DNA of 64,000 nt from Candidatus Woesearchaeota archaeon (lineage in GTDB: Archaea; Nanobdellota; Nanobdellia; Woesearchaeales; BM511). Below, piece after piece: positions 38,450-51,072 of this stretch. Numbering within the stretch: position 1 is the stretch's first letter; each line of letters opens with the position of its first letter. The stretch is taken from contig PKTL01000049.1 in assembly GCA_002867475.1 (NCBI GenBank), forward strand, positions 22,626-86,625. The letters are read 5' to 3'. The position numbers were made by a program, and so were the translations under genes. The notes beneath the pieces were generated by a model. That model saw nothing but the letters and a program-made list of their open reading frames with translations, was not told the DNA's origin and did not search any database.

Positions 38450-39419
38450 GTTAGCAACTAAACTTGGTTCTGTTAATATAATGGAAGTGTGTGGTGGACA
38501 TACTAATTCAATTATTCGAAATGGTATTCGGGACGCGATGCCAAAAAATATTAATTTGATTTCTGGACCAGGATGTCCTGTTTGTGTAACAACTCAAAAA
38601 GAAATAGATGAAATGATAAATTTAGCGTTAAATGGTGTTCCTGTTGCAACTTATGCAGATATGATAAGAGTTCCAGGAACAAAAATGAGTTTGGAAGAAG
38701 CAAGAGAGAACGGTGCAGATATCAAAGCAGTCTATAGCGCAACTGAAGTTTTAGATGATAAAAATCGTGTATTTTTTGGAATCGGATTCGAGACAACAAC
38801 GCCCATGACTGCCAAATTACTAGAAAATGATATAGCTGTATATAGTGCGCATAAACTTATACCTCCAGGTTTACTCGCATTATCAACTGATAAACGAGTA
38901 AATATTGATGCGCTTATATTGCCTGGACATGTAGCTGTTATAATCGGAGAACAAGAATTTCCAGACCTAAATGTTCCACAAGTGATCACGGGTTTTGAAC
39001 CAGAAAACATTCTTGAATCAATAAAAATTATTCTAGATCAATTGGTTGAAGGAAAAAAAGAGATAGTTAATAATTACAAAGGTGTCGTAACTAAAACTGG
39101 AAATGGAAAGGCACAAAAAATTATTAATGAAAATTTTAAAGTTGTGGATTCAGATTGGAGAGGTCTTGGAACAATACCAAGTTCTGGACTTGAACCAAAA
39201 GATGATAATCTTAACGCAAAAATAAAATATAAAGATATATTAGGAAAAACTATTACAAAAGAATTACCTGGGTGCAGATGTGCAGAAGTCATAATAGGGC
39301 AGATAAGACCAAGCGAATGTCAATTGTTTGGAAAAGTTTGCACACCAAAAAATCCAAGAGGAGCATGCATGGTAAGTGAAGAAGGAGCATGTCAAATATA
39401 TCATGCGAACAGGAATTAA
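38403..39419 (+). CDS. hypD: hydrogenase maturation protein HypD
   Basis: 'MEVCGGHT', 'GPGCPVCVT' and the C-terminal Cys cluster 'CRCAEV...CTPKNPRGACMVSEEGAC'. The start may instead be ATG 38427. Confidence 0.9.
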   Translation: MKHCKNLKMSLKKINELATKLGSVNIMEVCGGHTNSIIRNGIRDAMPKNINLISGPGCPVCVTTQKEIDEMINLALNGVPVATYADMIRVPGTKMSLEEARENGADIKAVYSATEVLDDKNRVFFGIGFETTTPMTAKLLENDIAVYSAHKLIPPGLLALSTDKRVNIDALILPGHVAVIIGEQEFPDLNVPQVITGFEPENILESIKIILDQLVEGKKEIVNNYKGVVTKTGNGKAQKIINENFKVVDSDWRGLGTIPSSGLEPKDDNLNAKIKYKDILGKTITKELPGCRCAEVIIGQIRPSECQLFGKVCTPKNPRGACMVSEEGACQIYHANRN

Positions 39420-39481
39420 TTTTTTTTTTAAAAATTCATTAAATATTAGTAAATAATATAAATCTTACATGAAATTAGATA

Positions 39482-40003
39482 TTGATGGAGTTTGAGAATA
39501 AAAGATTTGAATCTAAGGTTTTCAAGTCAGAAAATTTTTCGAACAAATCATTGAAGAATTCATATTTTTTGGATTGTGTTTTTGAAGATTGTAATCTTTC
39601 AAATGCAATTCTAAAGAACACCAAGATTCAAGATTGCTCTTTCAATAACTGCAAATTATTAGGGTTAAACTTTGCTGAGTGCAATAGGCTTTTTCTTAGC
39701 TTTAGTTTTGAGAATTGTCTTATTTCAATGTCTTATTTCTCTGATCTGGATCTGAAAAATACGCTTTTCAAGGATAGTCAAGTAATGGATTGCGAATTCA
39801 ACAAGACTAATCTGACCAAGTCCAGTTTTGAAAATTCTAATCTGAAAGGAACTATAATCTCAAATTGCAATCTATCCTTTGCTTCATTCAAGAACGCTAA
39901 AAATTATAATATTGATCCTAATCAGAACTTCATCAAAAAAACGATTTTTTCGATTCCTGAAGCAGTTGGATTGCTCAGCAAGTTTGATATAAAATTTGAA
40001 TGA
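39482..40003 (+). CDS. pentapeptide-repeat protein
   Basis: Continuous A(D/N)LXX-type pentapeptides ('NLSNAILKNTKIQDCSFNNCKLLGLNFAECN...'). Confidence 0.8.
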   Translation: MMEFENKRFESKVFKSENFSNKSLKNSYFLDCVFEDCNLSNAILKNTKIQDCSFNNCKLLGLNFAECNRLFLSFSFENCLISMSYFSDLDLKNTLFKDSQVMDCEFNKTNLTKSSFENSNLKGTIISNCNLSFASFKNAKNYNIDPNQNFIKKTIFSIPEAVGLLSKFDIKFE

Positions 40004-40046
40004 TTTTAGTAAGAGTTTTAAATCTCCTTAGTTTTTTAATAATTAG

Positions 40047-41005
40047 ATGGAAAAAATACACTTATCACAAGGCGCCGGTGGCGAAGAGATGAATGAACTA
40101 GTCATGAAAATAATTGATAAGATAAATATAAAGTCGGATTGGGTTCTTGGTGGTGATAGCGCTCACATAAATATTGGAAGTGATAATCTTTTTTTTACAA
40201 GTGATTCATATACAGTAGATCCTATATTTTTCAATGGAGGGGATATTGGAAAGATAGCTTTTTGCGGAACAGTAAATGATATTTTGATGAGTGGAGGAAA
40301 ACCTTTAGGTGTAAGCTTAAGCTTTGTTATAGAAGAAGGTTTTGAACACTTGAGTAAAATAATTGATTCACTAAAGAAAGAATCATTAAAATATAATATT
40401 CCGATAGTTACAGGGGACACAAAAGTTGTTGAGAAAGGAAGCCTTAAAGGAATAATAATAAACACTTCAGGGATAGGGATTGGAAAACCTTTCAATAAAG
40501 AAATTGTTGAAGGAGATTCAGTGATAGTTTCACGAAATATTGGAAACCATGGAGTAGCACTTTTAGCATCTCGTTATGATTTCGAAACGGATATAGAAAC
40601 TGATAGTAAACAATTAGTTGAAGAAGTGGATTCAATAAGAAATTATGTTAAGCTTGCAAAAGATGCAACAAGAGGTGGCATCGCTGCAGTGTTAAACGAA
40701 ATATCAGAAAAAATAAATATTGGAATGGAACTGATTGAAGAAAAAATTCCAATTGATAAGAAAGTGAAAAAGATGTGTGAGATTCTAGGAGTCAATATTT
40801 ACGAGCTTGCAAATGAAGGAACAATGATTGTTATAGTTTCAAAAGATGACGAAGAGAAAACATTGGATGAATTGAAAAAGTTTAACCAAACAGTATCAGT
40901 TATGGGTACTATTTCTAAAACCGAAAAAAATAGGGTAATAATAAAGACAAAAATAGGAAGAAAAGTATTAAGAATTCCAACAGGGAACATTGTCCCAAGG
41001 ATATG

Positions 41006-41009
<4 letters not shown>
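40047..41009 (+). CDS. hypE: hydrogenase maturation protein HypE
   Basis: AIR-synthase-like fold motifs and the diagnostic C-terminal 'PRIC'. Confidence 0.9.
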
Positions 41010-43177
<2,168 letters not shown>

Positions 43178-43228
43178 ATTGGAATCTAAAAATCTTTTAT
43201 TTAAAATATTTGGGTTTATTTTGATAGT

Positions 43229-43801
43229 TTATACAAATATGTTAGAATCTGGGTAATCTTGTTTCATCTTACCTTGCTTCATGTTTAATGTAGGGATATA
43301 ATTATGATGGAGTTTAAGGCAATTATTTATTGGGAAAACAAGAGTATCATGCACTGCATCATGACCAAAATAAGTTCTAAATTTACCCATTATTTCCACA
43401 TTGAATATTTCTATTATGTCATTCTCATTACCGCTTTCAATCATCATAAAAATAGCGACTCTCCCATTATACTCTCCAAGAATCATCTCTTTAACATGCT
43501 TAGACTCCCAATGAGTATTTGTCATATCTGGAAACTTTTTTGTGAACATCTCTCGACTCACACCATATTTGAAAAGAACAATATACATACGTTTTGATTT
43601 GAATATTTCAGAACCGCCTTTCTCATGGTCTACTTGAGCATAGTAATTGATAACTTCTTTTTCTTCCAATGCTTTTCTTTTCCTGTTAACAGTTTTTACG
43701 GGAATGCCTGTTTTTATAGCAATCTGATTATCACTTATTCTCGGATCTTTGATAATCTCTTTCACTATTAATTTTTCAGAATCATCAAATTTCATGTTCA
43801 A
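43229..43801 (-). CDS. Lrp/AsnC-like wHTH transcriptional regulator
   Basis: 'IIKDPRISDNQIAIKTGIPVKTVNRKRKALEEKEVI' HTH followed by an alpha/beta effector-like domain. Confidence 0.6.
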   Translation of the reverse strand: MNMKFDDSEKLIVKEIIKDPRISDNQIAIKTGIPVKTVNRKRKALEEKEVINYYAQVDHEKGGSEIFKSKRMYIVLFKYGVSREMFTKKFPDMTNTHWESKHVKEMILGEYNGRVAIFMMIESGNENDIIEIFNVEIMGKFRTYFGHDAVHDTLVFPINNCLKLHHNYIPTLNMKQGKMKQDYPDSNIFV

Positions 43802-44011
43802 CCCCTTTTATTGAAAAATATTATATTTATTTAAAAAACTATCTAAAATGGCATGAATTGTCCAAAAAAAATGAAATATTTTTATTTTATGGCCAATTTA
43901 TGCCATAAAATTGGATTAAACATATTTTTATTCTCGTAAATTTTAATTTTAACTATTCTAATATAGTAATAAAAGTTTATATAATGAATAACTCCTCATT
44001 CAAATTACAGA

Positions 44012-45247
44012 ATGAAAGTATTGATGTTTGGATGGGAATTCCCGCCGATTAAAAGCGGAGGACTTGGAACCGCATGTAAAGATTTAGCCAAAGGGCTTTC
44101 TAACAGAGATATAGACATAACTTTTGTTATGCCATATGTTCCAGAAAACCATGCTGATGAGCATGTAAACCTTATAGGAACAAACAGACTTGCAAAAAAT
44201 TTTACTGTCAAAAAAATAAACAGTATTCTTACACCTTATCAAACAACTGATCAATATAGCGAAGCAAAAAACACTATTCTTTATGCTAAGACGGGTCAAA
44301 AAGATGTGTATGGAAAAGATATCTTCAATGAGATAGAAAGATACAGTGAAGCTGCAAAAATAATAGCGACTGAAGAAGACTATGATGTGATTCATGTACA
44401 TGATTGGATGACATACAAAGCAGGAATCATCGCGAAAAGCATAAGTGGAAAACCTCTTGTTGCTCATATACATGCAACAGAATTTGATAGGACTGGGGGG
44501 AACCCTAACGATTTTATCAGTCATAGGGAATATGAAGGATTGATGGCAGCAGATATCGTAATTGCAAACAGTAATTTCACAAAAAATAATGTGATGAAAG
44601 CTTATAATATACCTTCAGAAAAAATAGATGTTGTACATTGGGGAATAGATGAAGATAATCCTCATTATAATTTGAATTATAAGGATGAAAGTCCTTTCAA
44701 AAATGGTGAAAAAGTAGTATTGTTTTTAGGAAGAGTAACCTTGCAAAAAGGTCCAGACTATTTTGTTGATGCAGCAAGAAAAGTGAAAGACCATGTACCT
44801 GACGCAAAATTTGTAGTTGCAGGAAGTGGAGATATGTTGCCAAGAATGATCGAGAAAGCAGCTCACCTTGGACTTTCAAATGACATGTTATTTTCGGGAT
44901 TTCTAAAAGGGGCCGATGTTCATAAAGCATTTCAGATGGCAGATCTTTACGTTATGCCAAGTGTAAGTGAGCCATTTGGTTTAGTCGCACTTGAAAGCAT
45001 GAAAAATAATACTCCTACTCTTTTATCTAATCAATCAGGCGTTAGTGAAGTTGTAACCAACGCATTAAAAACTGATTTTTGGGATACAAATTCTATGGCA
45101 AATAAGATTATTGCCGCACTAAAATATCCAGCATTGATGGAAGATTTAACAGAAAATAGTTTTGCTGAAAGCAAGAAATTTAATCTTGATGAGCCAGCAA
45201 GAAAAACAATAGATATATACAATAAAGCAATGAATTTTTGCGGGTAA
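44012..45247 (+). CDS. glycogen-synthase-like GT-B glycosyltransferase (GT5/GT4 type)
   Basis: 'MKVLMFGWEFPPIKSGGLGTACKDLAKGL' (KxGGL-type N-terminus), 'GRVTLQKGPDYF' and 'PSVSEPFGLVALESM'. Confidence 0.75.
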   Translation: MKVLMFGWEFPPIKSGGLGTACKDLAKGLSNRDIDITFVMPYVPENHADEHVNLIGTNRLAKNFTVKKINSILTPYQTTDQYSEAKNTILYAKTGQKDVYGKDIFNEIERYSEAAKIIATEEDYDVIHVHDWMTYKAGIIAKSISGKPLVAHIHATEFDRTGGNPNDFISHREYEGLMAADIVIANSNFTKNNVMKAYNIPSEKIDVVHWGIDEDNPHYNLNYKDESPFKNGEKVVLFLGRVTLQKGPDYFVDAARKVKDHVPDAKFVVAGSGDMLPRMIEKAAHLGLSNDMLFSGFLKGADVHKAFQMADLYVMPSVSEPFGLVALESMKNNTPTLLSNQSGVSEVVTNALKTDFWDTNSMANKIIAALKYPALMEDLTENSFAESKKFNLDEPARKTIDIYNKAMNFCG

Positions 45248-45324
45248 AAGGGGGAGATTACAATAGTAGATATAATAATTTTTCAAGAAAAATTCAGTAT
45301 CTTCCAAGTTTGTGAGGTGCAAAC

Positions 45325-46533
45325 ATGGTAGATATATGTTTTTATTTTCAAGTACATCAACCATATAGGTTAAGGCAATATAGTGTTTTTGATATAGGTA
45401 ATAATCATAATTATTTTGATGAGGAAAAAAATAGGGAGATATGTTTAAAGGTTGCAAGAAAATGTTATCTACCAACAAACCTGGTGATGCTTGAACTATT
45501 GAAAAGACATCCAGATTTTAAAATATCCTATAGTATAAGTGGTGTAGCGCTTGAACAGTTTGAAGAATATGCACCTGATGTTCTTGAATCATTCAAGGAG
45601 CTTGTAAAAACAGGAAGGGTTGAGATACTAAGTGAAACATATTATCATAGTCTTGCATACTTATACAGTAAGGAAGAATTCATAGAACAGGTTGAGAAGC
45701 ATAAGAAACTTGTGAAAAGATTATTTAATGTTACTCCAACAGTTTTTAGGAACACTGAATTAATATACAATAATGAGATAGCAAAATTCATTGAAGGTAT
45801 GGGTTATAAAGCAATAATTAGCGAAGGGCTTGATAATGCGCTTGGATGGAGAAGTCCAAACTTTGTATATAGGCCATACACGACAGACAAGATAAAACTT
45901 TTGATGAAAAATTATAGGCTTAGTGATGATATCGCATTCCGGTTTAGTAATAAAGGCTGGGCAGAATGGCCGTTGACAGTAGAAAAATTTACTCAATGGG
46001 CAAACGCTGTAAATGGGAGTGGGGAGATAATAAATCTTTTCATGGACTATGAAACATTCGGGGAGCATCAATGGGAAGACACAGGAATTTTTGAATTTTT
46101 AAGACACCTTCCAAATGAATTTTTAAAACACCCAGACAATGGATTTGTAACTCCAACTGAAGCAGCACGAAAATTCAATGCACATGATGTTGTAGATATA
46201 CATAATCTTAGTAGTTGGGCTGATATAGAAAGAGACCTCTCAGCATGGCTTGGAAATAAGATGCAACAATCAAGTATAAAAGAGCTTTACATAGTAGAAA
46301 AATTAGTAAAGGAAGCAAATGATAAAAAACTTCTCGATGACTGGAGAAAGCTCACCACAAGTGACCATTTCTATTATATGTGTACGAAATGGTTTGCAGA
46401 TGGAGACGTTCATAAATATTTCAATCCATATGACAGCCCATATGATAGCTTCATAGCTTTCATGAACTGCTTGAATGATATAATCTTAAGGCTTAAAGAA
46501 AAAGACTTGAAAATAGAGATAAAAGATAATTAG
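45325..46533 (+). CDS. glycoside hydrolase family 57 protein
   Basis: 'FYFQVHQPYRLR' N-terminus, 'ETYYHSL', 'DYETFGEH' and 'SDHFYYM' regions characteristic of GH57. Confidence 0.8.
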   Translation: MVDICFYFQVHQPYRLRQYSVFDIGNNHNYFDEEKNREICLKVARKCYLPTNLVMLELLKRHPDFKISYSISGVALEQFEEYAPDVLESFKELVKTGRVEILSETYYHSLAYLYSKEEFIEQVEKHKKLVKRLFNVTPTVFRNTELIYNNEIAKFIEGMGYKAIISEGLDNALGWRSPNFVYRPYTTDKIKLLMKNYRLSDDIAFRFSNKGWAEWPLTVEKFTQWANAVNGSGEIINLFMDYETFGEHQWEDTGIFEFLRHLPNEFLKHPDNGFVTPTEAARKFNAHDVVDIHNLSSWADIERDLSAWLGNKMQQSSIKELYIVEKLVKEANDKKLLDDWRKLTTSDHFYYMCTKWFADGDVHKYFNPYDSPYDSFIAFMNCLNDIILRLKEKDLKIEIKDN

Positions 46534-46614
46534 AAAGGTTTGTTGAAAATAAAAAACTTTTTAAATTGTAGAATTCTAGATTATCATATCATAATTAATA
46601 TTATGTAAGGAGAG

Positions 46615-47058
46615 GTGAGTGAATTGGCTACAAAAACTAAATCAAGTTCTACTAAAACTATTAAATCAGTAACTAAAAAGACAGTTAAAAAAGCAGCTCC
46701 TAAAAAGAAGGCTGCACCTAAGAAAACTGTTAAGAAATCACCAGCTAAAAAAGCTGTTAAAAAAATAGCACCTAAAAAATCAGGTGTAAAAAAAGCAAGT
46801 AAGAAAATTTCACCAGAACAATATTTCTACTTATGTGACGGGAACTGCGTAAAAGATATAACTGAGCTTGCAAAGATGATGGATGAATTAGCGGATGATA
46901 TATTCTACCAGCACGTAAACGAAGAAAAGCATGATTTTGCAAACTGGATAAATGATGTCTTTGAAGAAGCAGAACTAGCAAAACAGCTTATGGATGCAGA
47001 AAGACATAAAGAGAAAAACCATTATGTTGTTTTAAGATATGTAGTAAAAGGAAAATAA
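46615..47058 (+). CDS. Lys/Ala/Pro-rich (histone-H1-like tail) protein with C-terminal 'DFANWI' domain
   Basis: AAGGAGAGGTGA Shine-Dalgarno and GTG start. 'KKAAPKKKAAPKKTVKKSPAKKAVKK...' tract, then a roughly 70-aa domain paralogous to the N-terminus of the next gene. Confidence 0.6.
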   Translation: MSELATKTKSSSTKTIKSVTKKTVKKAAPKKKAAPKKTVKKSPAKKAVKKIAPKKSGVKKASKKISPEQYFYLCDGNCVKDITELAKMMDELADDIFYQHVNEEKHDFANWINDVFEEAELAKQLMDAERHKEKNHYVVLRYVVKGK

Positions 47059-47080
47059 TCATCGATAAAGAGGGGTTGAT

Positions 47081-47956
47081 ATGGAATTATTAAAAAAAAC
47101 GGAAGAACACGAGCAATTTATCTTCCATGATAAACAGATAAATCACATCGAAGATCTTATAGCAGTGCTAAAAGAAGCAAACGATGAAGAATATTCAAAA
47201 TATGCAGATTCAGAAAAAAATGATTTTGCAAATTGGATAGAGCACGTTCTAAATAGTAAGGATGTTGCAGATAAGATACGTACAAGCGAGTCAAAAGAAG
47301 ACACTATTAAAGTTTTGGAAGAAGCTGTCACATCAAGAAAAGAAGTAGCAACAGAATCTAAAGATGAAATAATCTCATCAGAACCATTGAATAAACCAGT
47401 TTCAGAGAAAACTCCAAAAGAAAAAATAGAAGATAGTATGCCAGCACCCGCGGAATTAAACCTTGATAAGCCACCCGCTCCAACTGATAATCCTATTGAA
47501 ACAGAAAAAGAAGTAAAACCTGAGGAGAAATCAGCAATAACTCAACCAAGTGAACCGATTCAAACACCAGAAGAAAATCCAATCGAACCTCCAAAGCTTG
47601 AAGAGCCTAAATTGGAAGAGCCAAAACTTGGACAGGTACAGGGTCAAGATTTATCAAAACCCGAAATAGAAGATAAGCATGAATCTGCAGAAGAACCTAA
47701 TATTACTGAAAAATCAGATAATTCTACACCAGAACCACTAGATCCATCAAATATAGATGGTTTAGCAGGAACAGCATCAAGCGTAGTTGCACCTATAAAT
47801 AATATGGATCCAAACAAAGTCCAAGATGGTGCAAACCCCGCAAATTTCTGTGAGCATCATTTCATGTGTGCTAGAAAAGAATTTTTAATAGGTCTAGGAA
47901 TAGGGATAGTCATAGGTGTTATAGGACTTCAACTCATAAGATTATTAATATCATGA
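47081..47956 (+). CDS. 'DFANWI'-domain protein with Pro/Glu-rich linker and C-terminal TM anchor
   Basis: N-terminal domain '...EKNDFANWIEHVL', a 'PEEN..PPKLEEPKLEEPKLG' linker and the TM 'LIGLGIGIVIGVIGLQLI'. ATGA overlap with the GT3 synthase gene. Confidence 0.6.
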   Translation: MELLKKTEEHEQFIFHDKQINHIEDLIAVLKEANDEEYSKYADSEKNDFANWIEHVLNSKDVADKIRTSESKEDTIKVLEEAVTSRKEVATESKDEIISSEPLNKPVSEKTPKEKIEDSMPAPAELNLDKPPAPTDNPIETEKEVKPEEKSAITQPSEPIQTPEENPIEPPKLEEPKLEEPKLGQVQGQDLSKPEIEDKHESAEEPNITEKSDNSTPEPLDPSNIDGLAGTASSVVAPINNMDPNKVQDGANPANFCEHHFMCARKEFLIGLGIGIVIGVIGLQLIRLLIS

Positions 47957-49725
47957 GAAAACCAAAAGCTGATCTCCTTATTGAATCTAGTTTTGAAGTC
48001 TGTAATAAAGTAGGTGGGATCTACACAGTTGTAACTTCAAAAGCTGAAATAATAAAAAAATCCTATAAAGACTATTTATTGATAGGGCCTTATTATCCAG
48101 ATAAAGCAAGAGTCGAGTTAGAAGAAGAAACTCCACCAGAATTCTTAAAAAAAGCATTTGATGAACTAGCAAATGAAGGTATCAACTGCTATTATGGGAA
48201 ATGGCTGATAAAAGGAGAACCAAAAACAATACTTGTAGATTTTAGAAATAGGGTTGGCGACGCAGATATATTAAAATCAAAACTTTGGGAATCATTTCAA
48301 GTAGACACTCTTTTTTCTAATTGGGATTATATTGAACCTCTAGTTTGGTCGTGGTGTGTTGGACGTTTGATAGAAAAGATATCACAAAATACCTCTAAAA
48401 AAATAGTGACTCATTTTCATGAATGGTTAGCAGGAATATCCTTGCTTTATCTAAAACGTGAAAAACCAGACATCCCAACAGTATTCACAACACACGCAAC
48501 AATGCTTGGAAGAAGCATTGCTGGAAGCGGTGAACCACTCTATAGTATGATAGACAGTATCAATCCTTATGAAGAAGCAAAAAAAAGAGGAGTGATAGAT
48601 AAGTTCACAACAGAAAAAGCGTGTGCAAAAGCTTGTGATATATTCACAACTGTTTCAGAGATAACCGGTTACGAAGCAGAAAAATTACTTGGGAGAAAAC
48701 CAGAAGTTCTAGTATTGAATGGGTTAGATATAAACAAGTTTCCAACATTTGAAGAGACAAGCATAATGCATCGTAGAACTCGTGATGACCTAAGAGAATT
48801 CTTTTCATATTATTTTATGCCTTATTATAAGGTAGATCTAAAAAATAGCTTGAACTTTTTTATATTCGGAAGAAACGAATATAAAAATAAAGGGGTAGAT
48901 GTATTTACAAAATCATTATCAAAACTTAATGATCAGCTAAAAAAGATAAAAGATTCAAAAACGATATTTGCAACCTTTTTCATACCTTGTGCTGTATCAA
49001 ACGTAAGGATACCTTTATTGGAATCAAAAAACAAGTTCTATCAAATGAAAGAATTGATAGATGATGAAGTAGAAGATATGAAATCAGCTCTTCTCGAATC
49101 TTTCATAAATGAAGAAGATGTGATGGCTGCAGAATCAGTATCAAAAGAATTCAATCAAACCATGAAAAGAAATGTTCTTCATTTCAAGCTTCAAGATCTC
49201 CCGCCTCTCTCTACACATGAGCTTATAGATGAAAATAATAATGAAATAATAAAAGGATTTAGAGAAAACAATCTATTAAATAGAGAAGATGACAAGGTTA
49301 AAGTCATACTTTACCCAATATATCTGTCAAACAGTGATGGATTATTGAACCTTTCTTATTATGAAACAATGGTAGCAGGTCATCTTGGGATATTTCCTTC
49401 ATACTATGAACCTTGGGGATACACTCCCTTAGAAAGTGCGGCATTAGGAGTTCCTGCAGTAACAAGTGACCTAGCCGGATTTGGAAGATATATAAAACAA
49501 AAAGCAGCAGGGGGAATTTTTATTCTTGAGAGATTGAACAAGACCGAAGAAGAAGTGGTAAGGAGCTTCACTGATATATTGTTTGAATACTCAAGACTTC
49601 ATAAATCTCAAAGGGTTGAGCATAAGATGATAGCAAAAGAACTATCTAAAGAAGCAGATTGGAAAATCTTAGCGGAAAATTATATTGATGCGCAGAACCA
49701 AGCGTTTTCTAGATTTAAGAATTAG
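47953..49725 (+). CDS. glycogen synthase, eukaryote-like GT3 family
   Basis: 'SSFEVCNKVGGIYTVVTSKA' matches the hallmark N-terminal motif of animal/fungal glycogen synthases. Also 'FHEWLAG', 'FTTHAT' and 'PSYYEPWGYTPLES'. Confidence 0.85.
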   Translation: MRKPKADLLIESSFEVCNKVGGIYTVVTSKAEIIKKSYKDYLLIGPYYPDKARVELEEETPPEFLKKAFDELANEGINCYYGKWLIKGEPKTILVDFRNRVGDADILKSKLWESFQVDTLFSNWDYIEPLVWSWCVGRLIEKISQNTSKKIVTHFHEWLAGISLLYLKREKPDIPTVFTTHATMLGRSIAGSGEPLYSMIDSINPYEEAKKRGVIDKFTTEKACAKACDIFTTVSEITGYEAEKLLGRKPEVLVLNGLDINKFPTFEETSIMHRRTRDDLREFFSYYFMPYYKVDLKNSLNFFIFGRNEYKNKGVDVFTKSLSKLNDQLKKIKDSKTIFATFFIPCAVSNVRIPLLESKNKFYQMKELIDDEVEDMKSALLESFINEEDVMAAESVSKEFNQTMKRNVLHFKLQDLPPLSTHELIDENNNEIIKGFRENNLLNREDDKVKVILYPIYLSNSDGLLNLSYYETMVAGHLGIFPSYYEPWGYTPLESAALGVPAVTSDLAGFGRYIKQKAAGGIFILERLNKTEEEVVRSFTDILFEYSRLHKSQRVEHKMIAKELSKEADWKILAENYIDAQNQAFSRFKN

Positions 49726-49772
49726 AGTTTTCATATGAAATGATTTAAATATTTCTTAAGCTAATCAATTTC

Positions 49773-50330
49773 ATGGCTGATCAAATCCAAGAGAACATCA
49801 AGCAAGCTTTTGATAAGCTAGAAGATAAGCTAAAAAGTATAGGATTCTCTGATGAGGACCTTGATGAACTTAAAGCCGACCTAGAGGTTGGTATGAAAAA
49901 CAATGCATCAATGTCGGACCTGATAGGGATATTGAAAGATTCTGAAAAGAAAGTCATAACCAAATCAAAGAAGAAAAGTGAAGATAAGGTAAAAGATGGT
50001 TTGATGGACTCAACAGAGTTCAAAATTGACTATGAGGCACCCGACGAAGTTTTAGAAAGCACAGTAATGGAAGAGATTGAAGCTTTTGAAGAGGAAGCAA
50101 GACCTGTCCTTGAAGAGACTATAAACCTTAACAATGCGTACTTTGCAAATAATAGCAATGAAGAAGAGTCTTCCTTCGATTACAAGCTAAAAGGGGATGA
50201 TATGTATAAAATTGATGAATTGACAGATCAAAGCGATATATATGATTCCATAAAGAAAAGGGATGAAGAAGAGAAAAAAGAAAGAGAAAAAATGCTTTAT
50301 GGAGGAACACCTGAAGAAACTTATAAATAA
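49773..50330 (+). CDS. acidic hypothetical protein
   Basis: 185-aa D/E/K-rich ORF with a promoter-like box upstream. No motif recognised. Confidence 0.5.
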   Translation: MADQIQENIKQAFDKLEDKLKSIGFSDEDLDELKADLEVGMKNNASMSDLIGILKDSEKKVITKSKKKSEDKVKDGLMDSTEFKIDYEAPDEVLESTVMEEIEAFEEEARPVLEETINLNNAYFANNSNEEESSFDYKLKGDDMYKIDELTDQSDIYDSIKKRDEEEKKEREKMLYGGTPEETYK

Positions 50331-50369
50331 TCAATTAATTTTTTAAATAATTTATAATTTCTCATATTT

Positions 50370-50944
50370 ATGAATGTCGGTGTAGATTTAGATGAAGTAT
50401 TAGCAGATTTTTTGCCTTCTTTGATGGATTACCATAATGAAAATTATGGCACTGATTTTAAGAAAGAAGATTTCCATTCATATCAATTTTGGCATGTGTG
50501 GGGAGGAACAAGAGAAGAAGCTATCCAAAAGTATATGGCTTTTTTAATTCTGATCATTTTAAGAATATTCAACCTGTTTCTGGATCACAAGAAGCGATAA
50601 ATGAAATCGCTAAAGATCATGATCTGGTTATCATAACCTCCAGACAGCACGATATAAAGAATCATACAATAGATTGGATACAACAGCATTTTCCTGAAAC
50701 TTTCTTTGGAATCCATTTTGGTAATCATTATGGTTTAAGCGGCCAAAAAAAATCAAAATTAGAAATGTGTGATATGTTAAATATAGATATGTTGATTGAA
50801 GATTCTGCTGATTATGCGAATGAATGTGCAAATAGCAATAGAAAAGTATTGTTGTTTGACACTCCTTGGAATAGGAACATTAAATTGAATAGTGGAAATA
50901 TATATAGGATTAATTCGTGGTATGAAGTTTTAGACCATATTTAA
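50370..50944 (+). pseudogene. HAD-family 5'(3')-deoxyribonucleotidase-like protein with 1-nt frameshift at the A-run 50527..50530
   Basis: ORF 50370..50600 ('MNVGVDLDEVLADF...', a DxDxV HAD motif I) and ORF 50489..50944 ('...LVIITSR...DMLIEDS...') join as '...REEAIQK|VYGFFNSDHF...' if one base is added at CCAAAAG. Confidence 0.75.
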
Positions 50945-50972
50945 ATATCAAAATCATTTTAATGTTTCATGC

Positions 50973-51000
50973 ATAAAACTTACTTTGTAGTAACTTTTAT
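50973..51000. promoter_or_regulatory. palindrome 1: ATAAAACTTACT-ttgt-AGTAACTTTTAT
   Basis: 12-nt arms with one mismatch. The right arm carries the promoter-like AGTAACTTTTATA box. Confidence 0.45.
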
Positions 51001-51026
51001 ACAAAAAGAGCCTGTTTGGCTCTAGG

Positions 51027-51055
51027 TATAAAAGTTGTTTATGACAACTTTTATA
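51027..51055. promoter_or_regulatory. palindrome 2: TATAAAAGTTGT-ttatg-ACAACTTTTATA
   Basis: Perfect 12-nt inverted repeat with a 5-nt spacer. Confidence 0.5.
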
Positions 51056-51072
51056 CTAACTATAAGTTAGTC

